Of a DNA stretch of 64,000 nucleotides, positions 39,301 to 52,400 are shown piece after piece. A program made the translations under genes and the position numbers. Position 1 is the first letter of the stretch. The number at the start of each line of letters is the position of its first letter. This DNA comes from Podarcis erhardii (taxonomy: Eukaryota): assembly GCA_964252035.1 (NCBI GenBank), contig OZ176200.1, one strand, 5' to 3'. Below the pieces are notes generated by a model, which searched no databases, was not told the origin of the DNA, and saw nothing but the letters and a program-made list of their open reading frames with translations.

Positions 39301-42300
39301 CTGTTGTGTCCCCCCACACTCTTTGGGTGTCTCCTCCCACTGAAGCCTGGAAAGCAGCCTATTGGCTTTTCTGTGTCCTGGGGCTCAGAACTGGCATTTC
39401 CATGACGTCTCTTCTGTGCTCTTACATAGAAAGAACCAGCATATGGGGAGGGACATGGCATAGAGCACAGCCCATACATGCACATGCACATGTACATAAA
39501 CTGAATCCTAATGCCTTTGAAACTTATCAGCAATTGCAACAACACTAGACCCTCTGAGCAGGAAACAGGATCTATTGTGGCCACTCCCTTCAGGAGATAA
39601 AATACATAGATCTCTCAGAAGACAAAAGGTTGCTGATAACTCTGAGCCAAGAAAGTCAGTAGGGAAAATAAAACTCCTGGGAAGATACAGGGCCTGCCTG
39701 ACCATCTCAGAATTCCATCCAGTCAATTATGGATGGACAGCATCTTAAGACATAAACTCATAAATCAAAACTGAGCCCTTGGCAACAGAAGACCACATCT
39801 AGACTGTGGGTCACTGGCCAGAGCTAGAAAGGAAGTTAAGTATTTCAAGTTTTTTTCTCTAAGCACTAAGGCCTAGAGAATCCTCACCAGTGGATTCTGA
39901 ATACAGTGTTGGGAGTGTAGATGTGAACTAAGCTGAAGAATGAATGGCAAAGTTCCATGTAGACACTGAACATGCATTTTTCTGGCCCTAGTGATTACAG
40001 TGGTGTTTCCTTAAAGTACTGCTGAAAGAAACAACTCAGAAATTATTTGCCCTGGTAGTTTTGGGCTGGCAAGAGGATACAGCAGATATTACAGAACTAT
40101 TGCCATTGACCATTGACCCACCTCACCCTGGTATGAACAGGATATTATGCAGGAATCAAACCCTGAAAAGGAAGTGGATTTGTAAACTAGAGTTATAAGG
40201 GAACCTTGTTTGATTTAACTATGATTTGTGTCAGCACACAATAATGCAAAACCATGTTTAATATGGGGACAGGAGAGGAGGGGGAAGGGAGGGGAAAATA
40301 TTCCCAGAGTGGAGAGGAAATGTGGAAGGGGTTCTAAACACTTGATTTTGGGGGGATAAAGTTGGGAGCCTGACACACTGCACTATCTGTGTAAGGGCCA
40401 AACTACACATAATGCTAAATGTGTCTTTGCATTTAACATGTAATGATTATCCCATCCAGCCCTGAGAGGAAATTTAACCATTTTCTTCCCTACTGTGGTC
40501 CTGAGAAAAAGTCCTTTTCTAAAAATGCTATTTGCATCATTTACGAGCAGTCACAGATAGATGCCTAGTTGGCTTAATTCAGATGATTCATATCCATCAA
40601 TCTCCCCACACAACCTATTTCAGTCTGCTTCCTTCCTGGCTTTGGGCCACACTTGTCAAAAGCAAGCACCCAACTTCACCTTTGGAGAGGTAATGGCAGT
40701 GTTTGGCACTCACAGAGAAGGATCTGTGGGTGGAAGAAAGCTGTGCTCAAACCATCCCTTGCCTGCTGATTATCCTCTGAAAATGCCCCCCAATTAGACT
40801 AGTTTCCAGTTTCTAGCTCCAGGGAAGGGAATTAATCAGTCCAAGGGAAGGACACTTCCAGGGGAGATTCAGCAGGTGGAAGGCTACACACTCCCATCCT
40901 GCCTGCTGATCCTCCCCCCACAAATGCCCCCCACTCCCCACATTAGTGTTATTTTGAGAATTCTTTGTTTCCCTTGCAAGTTCTAGTTTGACCCCTCCAT
41001 GCCTGAATAATTTGACAAGAGTCTTTACCAAATCTTGCTCTCCTGCTTCCCTGCCATTTACTCGTTCCTTGTGGCATTTGTGTTACATATGAATGTTGTT
41101 AACATGAGATACATCACCGAAGAAAAACTAGGTTTTACATTCATATCATACATTTTCAGCACAAATTTATTTAAGCCTCACAAGTAAGGGTATCCTACGA
41201 GTTAATTTCAAAATATAAGCTAAGTTCCCATTATTTTATTTCAGCGCAGTTCTTTTTCTTACCTCTGTTCCAGACTTGCACACCTTATATTCCTTTCAGT
41301 AAAGTCATTGCACATTTTAAATAAACCTTTAAGGCAGTTTTTATGCACTGAGACTATCTAATGACTTACAGCAACATTTAGGATATTTTTGACATATTCA
41401 GGAGGGCCTGGATAGAGAGACTTTTTCTTCCTTTCCTATAATACTTGAACTTGAGGGCAGTAGTGGAAGGCATGGCAGGGTGGCAGCACTCGCCTGACTT
41501 CCCAATAGCTGAGTCCCTACTGCTTACCAGGAAGGAGAGGGGGAGAAGCAGTGGGAAGTCCAGCAAAGCACAAATCTACTGATGGAGCTAACCTGCCACT
41601 CTTGCCAGTATGTTTGCACTGTGCTGAATTTCCTACTGCTCCCCCACTCCCCTCCTTTCCCATTTAGCAGCAGCAACTCAGCTGTTTGGAGGTCAGGTGA
41701 GCATCACTGCCCAACCACACTGACTGCTATTGCCTAGAGATCGTCCAAGGAAACTGAATAGTGGGGGATTCCAGACAGACAAAATGAATTACTTATTCAC
41801 ACATTAGATATGGAATTTGCTACCACAAGATGTGGGAATGGCCACCAATTTGGACAAGCTTTAAAAATTATTTAGACAAATTCATGGAGGGCAAGGCTAT
41901 CAGAGGCTGCTAGTCATGATGACTACACATACTACCTTCTGAAGCAAAGGCAGCATGCCTCTGAATATCAGTTACTGGAGAACAGTGGGAAAGGGCTTTT
42001 GTGGGTTTTCCATAGTGATCTCATTCATCCCTGTGAAAAACAGGATGCTAGACAACATAGGCCTTTGATCTGATCCAACAGGGCTGCTATTTTGTTCTTA
42101 GGACCTGGGCTTAAAGCAGGCATAGGCAACCTTGGCCCTCCAGATGTTTTGGGACTACAACTCCCATGATCCCTAGCTAACAGGACCAGTGGTGAGGGAT
42201 GATGGGAATTGTAGTCCCAAAACATCTGGAGGGCCAAGGTTACCTATGCCTGGCTTAAAGTGTGCCTATTTCTGCCTGGAAGATGGAGGCAGTTCTGACG

Positions 42301-45300
42301 ACAGCTCAAGAGGAATTATTTTTGTGTGGCTTGGGTAAACAATTTGACACTAGAGTAGGTGCAAGTAGGACTTATTTATGCTGATCTCAGAGAGTAGAGG
42401 GATCATTGGGGTCTAGGGAACCAGTTAGGTTTTTAGCTCTTCATAAAAAAGGTGGTCAGAGGAGGTATAAGCAGTGGTTGGCAGAATCATGACTGGGGTG
42501 GACAGAGAAAACAGGAACAATTATTCTCTGCTTACAATCCTATGCATATTTACTTAAGTGTTGCTTAACTCCCATTGAACTCAGAGGCTTATTTCTGAGT
42601 AAATATGTGGAGGATTGGATCATAAATCTTCGCAAATACAAAAGCTTGTGGTTACTGATCAATACAGAGAAACAGTAGGCTTAAAGACAAACAATGAACC
42701 AGTTTTTCACACAATGCATAATTAACCTATGGAAGCCGTTGCTAGAAGATATTATAATAGCTATTAATATAAATGAGCATGCAGTGATAGCCAAAAACAC
42801 AACCTCTTTTAGAGGCGGTATCCATCTAAGTACTTAATATATGAGGGATAAACAAAAGGTTCATATACCTTCATTGTGTCTTTCTTGTGAAAGCTACTGC
42901 GCAATCTACTTGCCCACTTTTAGTACAAAGGGCTATTGTTCTATGCAGCATAGCAATATTTATGCATTTATAAGCCTCCCATATTCATTCAGTGCTGCAC
43001 TAGGACAGAATCTTGGCAGATAGACACCATCACTATCACCCCCACCCCCATCACCAGGGACCCAATTGGAATCTCACTTTTCATATCATCAAGGTCAGCA
43101 GAAGCCAGCATCTGAGCCTCAGCTTCATCTGTGGGAATTCGCTGGTAGGTGGCACTCTCCATGGCGGTCATGCTGCCGATACACACCCTCTCCTTCAGGT
43201 CGTAGCTTGCCCGTTGCCCACTTGGCACCTGACTCCAAAGTTTTCGCTTGTCCCAAACTCTGTTATCTTTATATCCAGGGAAACTGTGGAGACCAGCAAC
43301 AGAGGGTGTGATGTTGGCACAGGCAGTGCAATAGGAAAAGTTGTTCCTATAAAAGGAGACAAGCCAGGGAACGAGACTGGCTATGTACTTTTGATCTCTC
43401 CTAAACAATCTTGGAAGCAAGGGAGAATGTTGCCTCAGCAGAAACAAGCTATTTCCTAGTGGGAAGGATGAACCCTGCAAACGAACCCTCTCCATCCAAT
43501 TGATGGAGTATCTTGTTACATCAGAGCTGGTAGCTCTGATGTTCCTTTTTTAGAATTGCACTTCTGAAAACCAAAGCTGCTCAAAGCTTGCTTGGAAAGC
43601 AGGTCTTCTGTCTGGGAAAACTGACCTCTAATCTCAGGTGCATGAGGGCCTGTTGTGATTATTGTTAACAATCACATTTGTATCATGTTCTTCAAAGAGC
43701 TCAGGGCACTGTACATGGGGGTTATTCCATAATATCCTCACAACATACCCTCAGTGATAGGACAATCTGAGATAGTGACTGGGCCAAGGTCACCCAGAGG
43801 GCTTCAAGGCAAAGCAGAGATTTGAGCTTATACCTCCCTAATTCAAGCCCAGAAGCATATAGCACACTGATGACATCATACATGTTTCTCAGTTATGAAA
43901 AGAAAGATCCACACTCCCTAGCTATTTACAAATTCCAGGACTGAACTTGGAAATTGGAAATAGGTTCTAGAACTAAACTTGGATTACATGTGACTCAAAT
44001 TAATCCCAGTCCCACCTGTGTTTGGGTCTTCAGAATAATAACATTTTGGTCATGAATTGGGTACATACAAGCACCTTTCTTTCACTACATCTGCAGCCCA
44101 TCTGCAGCCCAAACCATGTAAAGAGCTGAGCCCCCTTACCTTTTGGAAGAAATAGGCTCCTTCTCTGGCAGCAGATCGGAGAGATAAGGGAATGGAGAGA
44201 GGTGACTGCATTCCTCTGCCACATGAAATGGCAAAGGGCATGGGCTGCCACAGGCTTTCTCCTCCTCCTCTTCCTCCTCATCACTCCCAATGATAAACTG
44301 TAATGAAGCAAAGCAAAGAGCATATCTGGCACAGCAGTCAGGAAGCCTGGGAAATGCCACTCCTATTGCTCTGGCTAACACTGACAAAAAGAAGGAAGGC
44401 TGTGAGTCTTTATCATTTGGAAAACTGCCATCCACCCATTCCCCCCCCCCATATGCTTCATACTATCCAGCTGTTTCATACTACAGTGGTACCTTGGTAT
44501 ATGAACTTAATCCGTTCCGGAAGTCTGTTCTTAAACCAAAGCGATCTTAAACCAAGGCGTGCTTTCCCATAGCAGCAGGGGACTCAATTTACAAATGGAA
44601 CACACTCAGCGGGAAGCGAAACATGTTCTTATTCCATGGCAAAGTTCACAAACCAAAACACCTACTTCCAGGTTTGCAGCGTTCTTGATCCAAGTTGTTC
44701 ATAAACTAAGCTGTTCTTAAACCAAGGTACCACTGTATGTGATTATCCCACCAGTCCTTAACAGATAATGCACATGCACACAATCACATACAATCAGGTC
44801 TGGCCCAAAAAATTTTGCTGCCTATGGCAGAACAACAAATGGCACACACACATACCCAAGTTGAGGCTGGCCAAGTTCTTTTGGCGTCTGAAACAGAAAA
44901 GGTCAAAAGCACCTCACTCTAGAAATAAATACACAATAATACATAAAATAACTAACACTTTGCTATCTTTTCATGATGCTAAAAATCTGCCTGAGGTAAC
45001 ACCCACACTCTGACTAATGGTCAGGTCAGCCAGCACTACAAAATATCTGCACTGCCTCATTGTAACACAGGGGGTACTGGAAATCTTTCAACCTTGTTTC
45101 CACCGTACCTAATTCTTGTATATGCCTCTCCAAGCCCATGGCCCTTGTTGCTGTGTGAGCAGGAAATCTCTCACCTCAATGCTTCCTTCTGCCAGCCCTG
45201 CTTTTGGTTTGCCATGAGACTCTCCTTTGGGAGAGGCTTCAAGGTCAGACTCTGCCGAGGCATCCTTCTCTAGAACCTCCTCCCCTTCAGATTCTGCTTC

Positions 45301-46420
45301 CTCTTCTTCCTCCTCCTCTTCTTCCTCTTCCTCCACCTCCTGGATGGTGGGGGTGACATCAGAGGGAGGTACAGAGGTCTTTCTTGGTTTTTTCTTTTTC
45401 TTCTTCTTTCTGTCAGAGTGGGGAAGTCTCTTCTTGTAGGGGAGAGGCAGGTGGGTGGAGAGGGGGTGATGGATGTGGTGGGATGTCTGGCGATGGACTG
45501 TGGAAAAGAAACAGAGGGAGGGATTGCATCATGGAGAGAGGGCAGGAAAGCATCCTGCAGGGAATGGCAAACAGGGATTGGGGAAGAAAAGGCAGAAAAC
45601 ACCTACACTCTATTTTAGCAAGCTTTTCTTGTCCCTGCTAGGATTCCCACTGCAACACACCCAAAGAACTCAGGAAGCTGAGTCAGACCACTGGTCCATC
45701 TAGCTCAGTACTGTCTATATTGACTGGCAGTGGCTCTGCAGATCTAGCTGGAGATGCTGAGGATTGAATGTGGGCTCTAGTGTATGCAAAGCACGTGCTT
45801 TACCACTGAGCAATGCCCCCCTCCAGCAACACAGCCATTTCTTTCTCAGTCACTGTAAGAAAGAAACTACAGCATCTGCTTCATATGGCTTTAAACTTTC
45901 TAAGAGGTAAAGGACCCCGGATGGTGCGGCACTAATCTCACTTTTCAGGCTGAAGAGAACTGGCAATGATGGGCGTAGAGAGGATTTTTGTTAGGGAGGA
46001 CAGGACTTTGATAGGGGTGCAGGATTTTGTTAGTGGGGGCAGAACCAATGTGATTGGTCAGTTAGTTAAATATTTTGATTGTTTTACTTGATCTAGGGGA
46101 GACAGCTGCCCCCCTTGGCATTTGTCCACAGAAAGCTTTCCGGGTCATGTGGCAAGCACTGGTGTGCTTTCAAACTGCAAGGTTGGCAGAAGCTGGGACA
46201 GAGCAATGGGAGCTCACCACCGTCACACAGATTCAAACCGCTGACTTTCCAATTGGTAAGCCCAAGAGGCTCAGTGGTTTAGACCACAGCGCTCCCGCAT
46301 CCCTTTCTAAGAGAAGTCTAACAACCCCTAAGGCACCAAAAATATCTCAGAATTGCATATTTTATCTGTCCTGAGGCCAATACTCAGTTCCTGTTGCCTC
46401 CATGATACAGCATTTCCACA

Positions 46421-46480
<60 letters not shown>

Positions 46481-49400
46481 TGTGTCTTCCCAGCAAATAT
46501 AATATCCTCTCTAAGCAGTGGAGCTCACAGATTAGCCATTCTCAGTCTTTAACATGGAAAGTGATTTGAAAATGAAATCAGCCATAAATCAGTAAACTGC
46601 AATTATCAGAAAGCCACTCCATCCTGCTTGGATTCAGTATTTCCCCTCATTCTAACTTTGCAAAACTCTGTAACTCTATCTCAACCATTAAGCATTACCA
46701 GGATCTATTTTAAGAAAAAGAACAAAACTGAGTCAGGATCAGCTTTACCACAACATGGCTGTAGGTGGCAGCCTAGGGCAAGACTTTTGCTAAAGCAACA
46801 GATGAATGCTATATAAAGGGGCAAAAACAACAAATTTCACTTCACTGAGTAAGTAACAGCAGCAGCCCAATGGAATCTAGAAACTACAGCTTACTAGCAC
46901 AGTGAAGAGGCAGGGAGTCCAACTAGTCCTGGATGTGAGGATTTCACTGCTTCATCTAGGGTAGCCACTTACACATTGTCAAAAAAGAGGAAACATATCA
47001 CCCAAAAGAGAAGAGGGCAGAGATTTATACGTAGAGATAAATTATTTGTGGGTGGGCATAGAACGACTGTCATTTAAACAGAAGTACAATGGATTTCACC
47101 ATAGTGGGAAGACGTGGGCAAGGTGGACTGCATGCTTGCAGTCTACTGAGCAGGTGTTAACTGGTGATGGGCAACTTCAAGGCCCCTGCTCTCCATTCCT
47201 ATAGTTCTTTATCCTTAAACTGGAGTTTGACTGGATAGCCCTTCAAATAGAGAACTCTTCTCTGTAAAGTAGGGCTTGCGGCCACAGTAGTCCTATCAAA
47301 CCAAAGTAAAATGCATGAGAAATGGCTGCAAGGCTCAGAAGAGTTCCAGAATATCTTTTAAGGAACCAATAGGAGATAGCTTTAATATTTTGTCTAGGAT
47401 GCTCAACCTTCTACCAGGCAAATTACACTTTACACACAAATACAAATCACAAAGTCATAATCATTTTATTATTAATGTAAAACCAGTCCCAGGAAGCCAC
47501 AAATTTGACTGGAGGAGTGATGAGAAAGAGGTGCTTAATCTTTCCCACTAGCCATTTTCCAATCAAGCTGCTCCCCCCCCCCCATGGGGAAAAAAGATAA
47601 ATGAATCAGGGAAAAACAGCAGGAGGGGGAAAGTTAAAAAAAAACCCTCTCCTCCTCACCAGTTCTATCAAATCTACAGCCTCTTTTTCATTTTTAAAAA
47701 ACTTGTTTTTCATTTTTTTAAAAAAATGACTCCATTGTGTCATTGCCCACATTTGTGTGTAATATGTTGTTTTCCCCTTAGACGTGGTCTGATGAGAATG
47801 AGGGGGCTGCTTCAGAGTGAAGCTATGCTTATAAAGAAGAGATGCTTTGTGAAAGAAGAATCTTGATTGTTCTTGTTCCTTGGCTCAGCTGTGGCTTTGC
47901 CTGTGCATTACTCTCTGGAGTACTACTCTCCCTGATGTAGTTAGTTGTCCAAAGTCAGACCTGCCTTGTAAGATATTCCAGTAGAGTTCATGACTATGAT
48001 AGTGGAAGCATCCACATGAATGAGCACTGCTGAGTAGCCCCAAATACAAAGAAATCATCAGATGTCAGTGAAACAATCCAAGAAACAATATTGATGTTTC
48101 CCTCAAAACAACAGTGCACCATACAACTCTTCAGTGTATCTGAAGAAGTGTGCATGCACACGAAAGCTCATACCAAGAACTGACTTAGTTGGTCTTTAAG
48201 GTGCTACTGGAAGGAATTTGTTTTGTTTTGACCATACAACTCTGTTCACCATCCAAAGCTGCCATCTTGCTTCCATCAGTCTAATCCTGTAAGTAAGAAA
48301 CAACCCTGAATTTTACCAGTCCTTTTTAGCATTCACTTTGCCTCCCTTTTGTCAGTAAGCCATAGTCTCTGGATCTGAATCAGTAGTGGTTATTACTCAG
48401 GCTATGTGGTCTAAACGGTGTGTCCACAAGTAGGAAGCTTGAACTTCATACAGCCAAACAACAACAACAACTTCTCAAAGGCTATTCTGTGAAAATGCAT
48501 ACTTGTAATTTTCATCAATATAATCTACATGCAGATATCATATAAAAATTATATTATGTGTCATATCTATACTCCTGACTAATATCCTCCATCAAAAAGT
48601 GACAAGACAACATGAAGGATCCAGCATGTATAAAACATCTTAAACTACCATCATCATACATGGAAAAGAAGTGCCATAACATTTACAAGTTTCTACATGT
48701 TGCCAAGCAAAGCACCCAAATAAGTTGATGGATCATAACTTGATGGATCAGATTCCATCAATATTCTTGTGGTTTTTTCATTGTGTTTTGTGTTTTTGCT
48801 TTCAATGTTTTACTTATTTGCTAGTTTATTATAGCTTTGATGTTGAAGGAAATTAGCTCAAGCACTGTCTCCATGGGAACTGCAATACAATTGGCCTAGA
48901 ATGACATGGATTTGATTATGACAATCATACCAAATTATACCATGGCTTATACAAAAGGCGTGTCCTAAGCTATATTCTTTTAGCTTTAGCATTAACCTGC
49001 ACCATTGTTACTACAACTAGATACTGCCTACTAAACATAGGCTCAGACTTGTGTTTTACTGTCTAGGCCAAGAGAGTAAGTCATCCTGGAAATGGATCTT
49101 TTTTTTTTTTTAAATGATATTTATTAAATTTTTACAAGAAAGAAATTACAAAACAGTAGACAAAAAGCACAAGAAAAAACAAAAAGAACAAAAACCAAAA
49201 TTTAAAAGGAAAAAATAAAAATCTCTCTTTCAAATATCATACCACTCATTTACTTATTTTCATGACTTCCTCACACCTCCCTTTTTTGTATTCCATTTAA
49301 AAATTTGTTCAGCAAATTCATACCCTCTTAATTTACCATTAATTGTTTATCCTCACATATTATAACTTCTAACCAAATTGCTAGAACCACTTCGTTTCAT

Positions 49401-52400
49401 TCCAACGTCATTAACATTCAAAAATTTTGCAATGTTTCTGTAAATAAATTTTAAATTTCTTCCAATCTTCTTCCACCGACTCTCATCCTGGAAATGGATC
49501 TAGCAGTGTGGCAATTATTATGACATAGGGCAATTTAAAAAACAACAACAACAAGTATTTGACCACTGTGTTCTTCTAAAATAAATATTCCTTTTGGGTG
49601 AGGCCAATCAAGGCTTTGCTCAGGGTTTATTCTAAAATAGGTTTGTCTACACCACATTCCTCTCTACTTAATATAGCATATTATAGTCGTTTGTGGAGGG
49701 TAGGGACACTGGTGTTAAAATAGAAATGAAGTGCTTTGAGTTCACAGCTCAGAGCACTCTGGTTTGGGGGATGTTACCAGGCATCCCTGCATGTCTGAGG
49801 TCAAAGATCTGATGGAGTTTGACATCATTTTAATTTGGAATTTAGCAATGAAGCTGAAGAATGCTCTGTGCAGCTTAGCAACGTAACTTAGAATTAGTCC
49901 CCATCAGCACCAAAACTGCACATGCAGTTAAACATGTTAGCATGTGCAAGGGCTGTCATTTGCTTGTAAACAAACCAGAGCATGTCTCTGGAAACAGAAA
50001 ACCATGAACTGCAACAGCCAGCGTTTGGGGGCAAGCAAAATAAATGTTGGTCAGAAATGTTTAATTGGTGGGAAATGAGGAAGGAATGATATGTACTGTA
50101 AAAATCACTGGCTTATCTTCCACACACGGGAGGAACCACCCACCCACATAGCCTCTAACTTCCCAGGATTCAAACGCATTTCACTGACCATCATCCAGTC
50201 TACCAGGGCTTGCACGCCCTCTCCTGTTTCAGATAAGATGGAGAAAGAGCTGTGTCATCAGGATACTGATGGCAACATGCTTCAAAACTCCTAATGACTG
50301 CTCCCAACAGCTTCATATAAATTTCATAAACTTTTATTGCACTAGCCAAAGGCCATGGCATTATCCAAAAACATCAACAGTCACTATATATACCAGGGAT
50401 CGGCAAGGTTTACCTCGCCTGGGCCGGTTCACTCCAGCGGAGAGCCCTCCATGGGCTGGATTGTGCCTGCGTGTGAGCATGTGCACCTGCGATTTCTGAT
50501 GTCTGCCTCTCTACAGATGCAATTTGCGGCATCTGCATCTGCGCAGACGCGATTTCCGGTGCCACGGAAGTGAGTCCCTGCATTGTGCTGCGCCAATTTA
50601 GCGCAGCGTGCAGGGACTCACCAAGTGAGCGGCTTGGTTTGGGGGCGGCTTGTGGGCCGGTTAAATGACCCCCGTGGGCCGCTTGTGGCCCATGGGCCTT
50701 AGTTTGCCTACCCTGATATATACAGTAAAACCATAGTCAAATCAACTAGAATTCTTTGTTATATAAATAAAAGGTAGTTCTCATACAAAATGTACAAATC
50801 TCCAAGTCGCCTTTGATTTTTTTGCCCTAAGCTTCCTAGCGGCTTCAGGTAGATGTTAAATAACAATGGAGACAAAATAGTGTCCTGTGGAACACCTCAG
50901 CACAAGTGTCAGGAGCTTGAAGTGCACCCCCCAGTGTTACTCTTTGGACTCAACCACACAGGTAGGAACAGCACAACTGTAGTACAGTGCCTCCAGTGTC
51001 CACCCCACTCAGTCAGTCCAGGAGGATACCATGGTCAATGGTATCAAAGGCCACTGAGAGAACAAGTAAGAGTAACAAGCTCACAATCCCTCTGTCCCTC
51101 TCCTGATAAGGTCATCCATCAAGGCAATCAAAGCTGGCTTAGTCCCCAAAGCAGGCCTAAATCTAGATGGAAGTGGATCCAAGTGCCCATGTTCACAATC
51201 AATTCTTGGTAGGGGAGCAGTTGCTTAACACAATAGTGGATTCTTCACGCACCAAATTTTAGCTTGTCACTGCCAGCAAGACATTTGGGCTGTGTGCTTA
51301 GACCCCAGAGTCCTGCATGCACCACCAGCCACACATGCTGTCTTTGCTTGTTACTGGTGGCTATCATGCAGCAGTTGAAAATGGGCCTTGTATTTTAAAT
51401 CAGTGGCTTGCTAGAATCCAAGCATGTTCACTAATAGTGATTCATTTCATACTTAATTATTTAAATATTACAATCAGGGTGAAAACAGAAATAATATAAA
51501 AACAGAACTCACTGTCTATTTTTCAGGGATTTCTCTAAGCTTCACAACAGAAATGACAGTTTTCCCCAACTTGGTGCCCTCCAGTAGTTTTGAACTACAT
51601 TTCTCATCAACCTCAACCAGCAGCCAGATTGGGGGGGAATCTAGATAGAAAAAAAGTTAGCTGTCCTGTCACTTGTTCCTCCCCTATAGTTCATGAAAAC
51701 TGTCCACCTTTTTGTTAATTTTTCAAAAGTACCACATGAGCATTTATCAATTCACTGTTCGCCTTATTACGGGTACTTATATTTTTAAGTACAAAACTAC
51801 TTTGGGGGTGGGGGTTCTTGATGATATTGCATGTATCTAGTAGCAAATCAGCACTGACAAACTTCCACCTCAAACTTGCAAAAAAAATAATTTTAAGAAG
51901 TCAGCCATGGAATGGAAAGTTACATTCAGAATGAAACCAGTGAGAGTGCTTCCAGGTCAGCCTGCTTGCTCTAAAAATATTATATGTGTATTCACCGTAC
52001 ACTCTACACAAGCAGAAACAGCTGCTGCTGCTGCTTTCTTTCTCTCTCAGGATAGATGAACAAGGAAAATATGCCTCACCTGCAAGCACAAAGAAACTCT
52101 TGGCACCTCCCACTGCCCCCCCCCCTCTATTTTTCCTAACAGTACAGAAATAAACAAAGTTAATAATTTGGTTGAAGCCTGATATCTGGGACTCCAGCTG
52201 GACGAATATGTGAAACTAATTTCTTTGATAAATCCTAGGCAGCAACAGAAAAAACTGCCTGTCTATAGCCAGTTTGGCTTCCATCAAGCAACCTCCAATA
52301 AGGTTTCATAGTGGAACAGCTTTACAATAAACTTTAAGGGGAGAATGAATCAGATATTAGCTACTCAAAATCAATTGCCACCAGTCAGAGAGACAAATGG

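Noticed and set aside
39141-39584. 147-aa minus-strand ORF upstream of the cardiac-type exon
   Set aside because: No recognisable similarity, and no in-phase donor linking it to the downstream exons was found.
45270-45602. 110-aa basic ORF over exon 4
   Set aside because: It is an alternative reading frame of purine-rich exon 4; the true frame is fixed by the splice phases.
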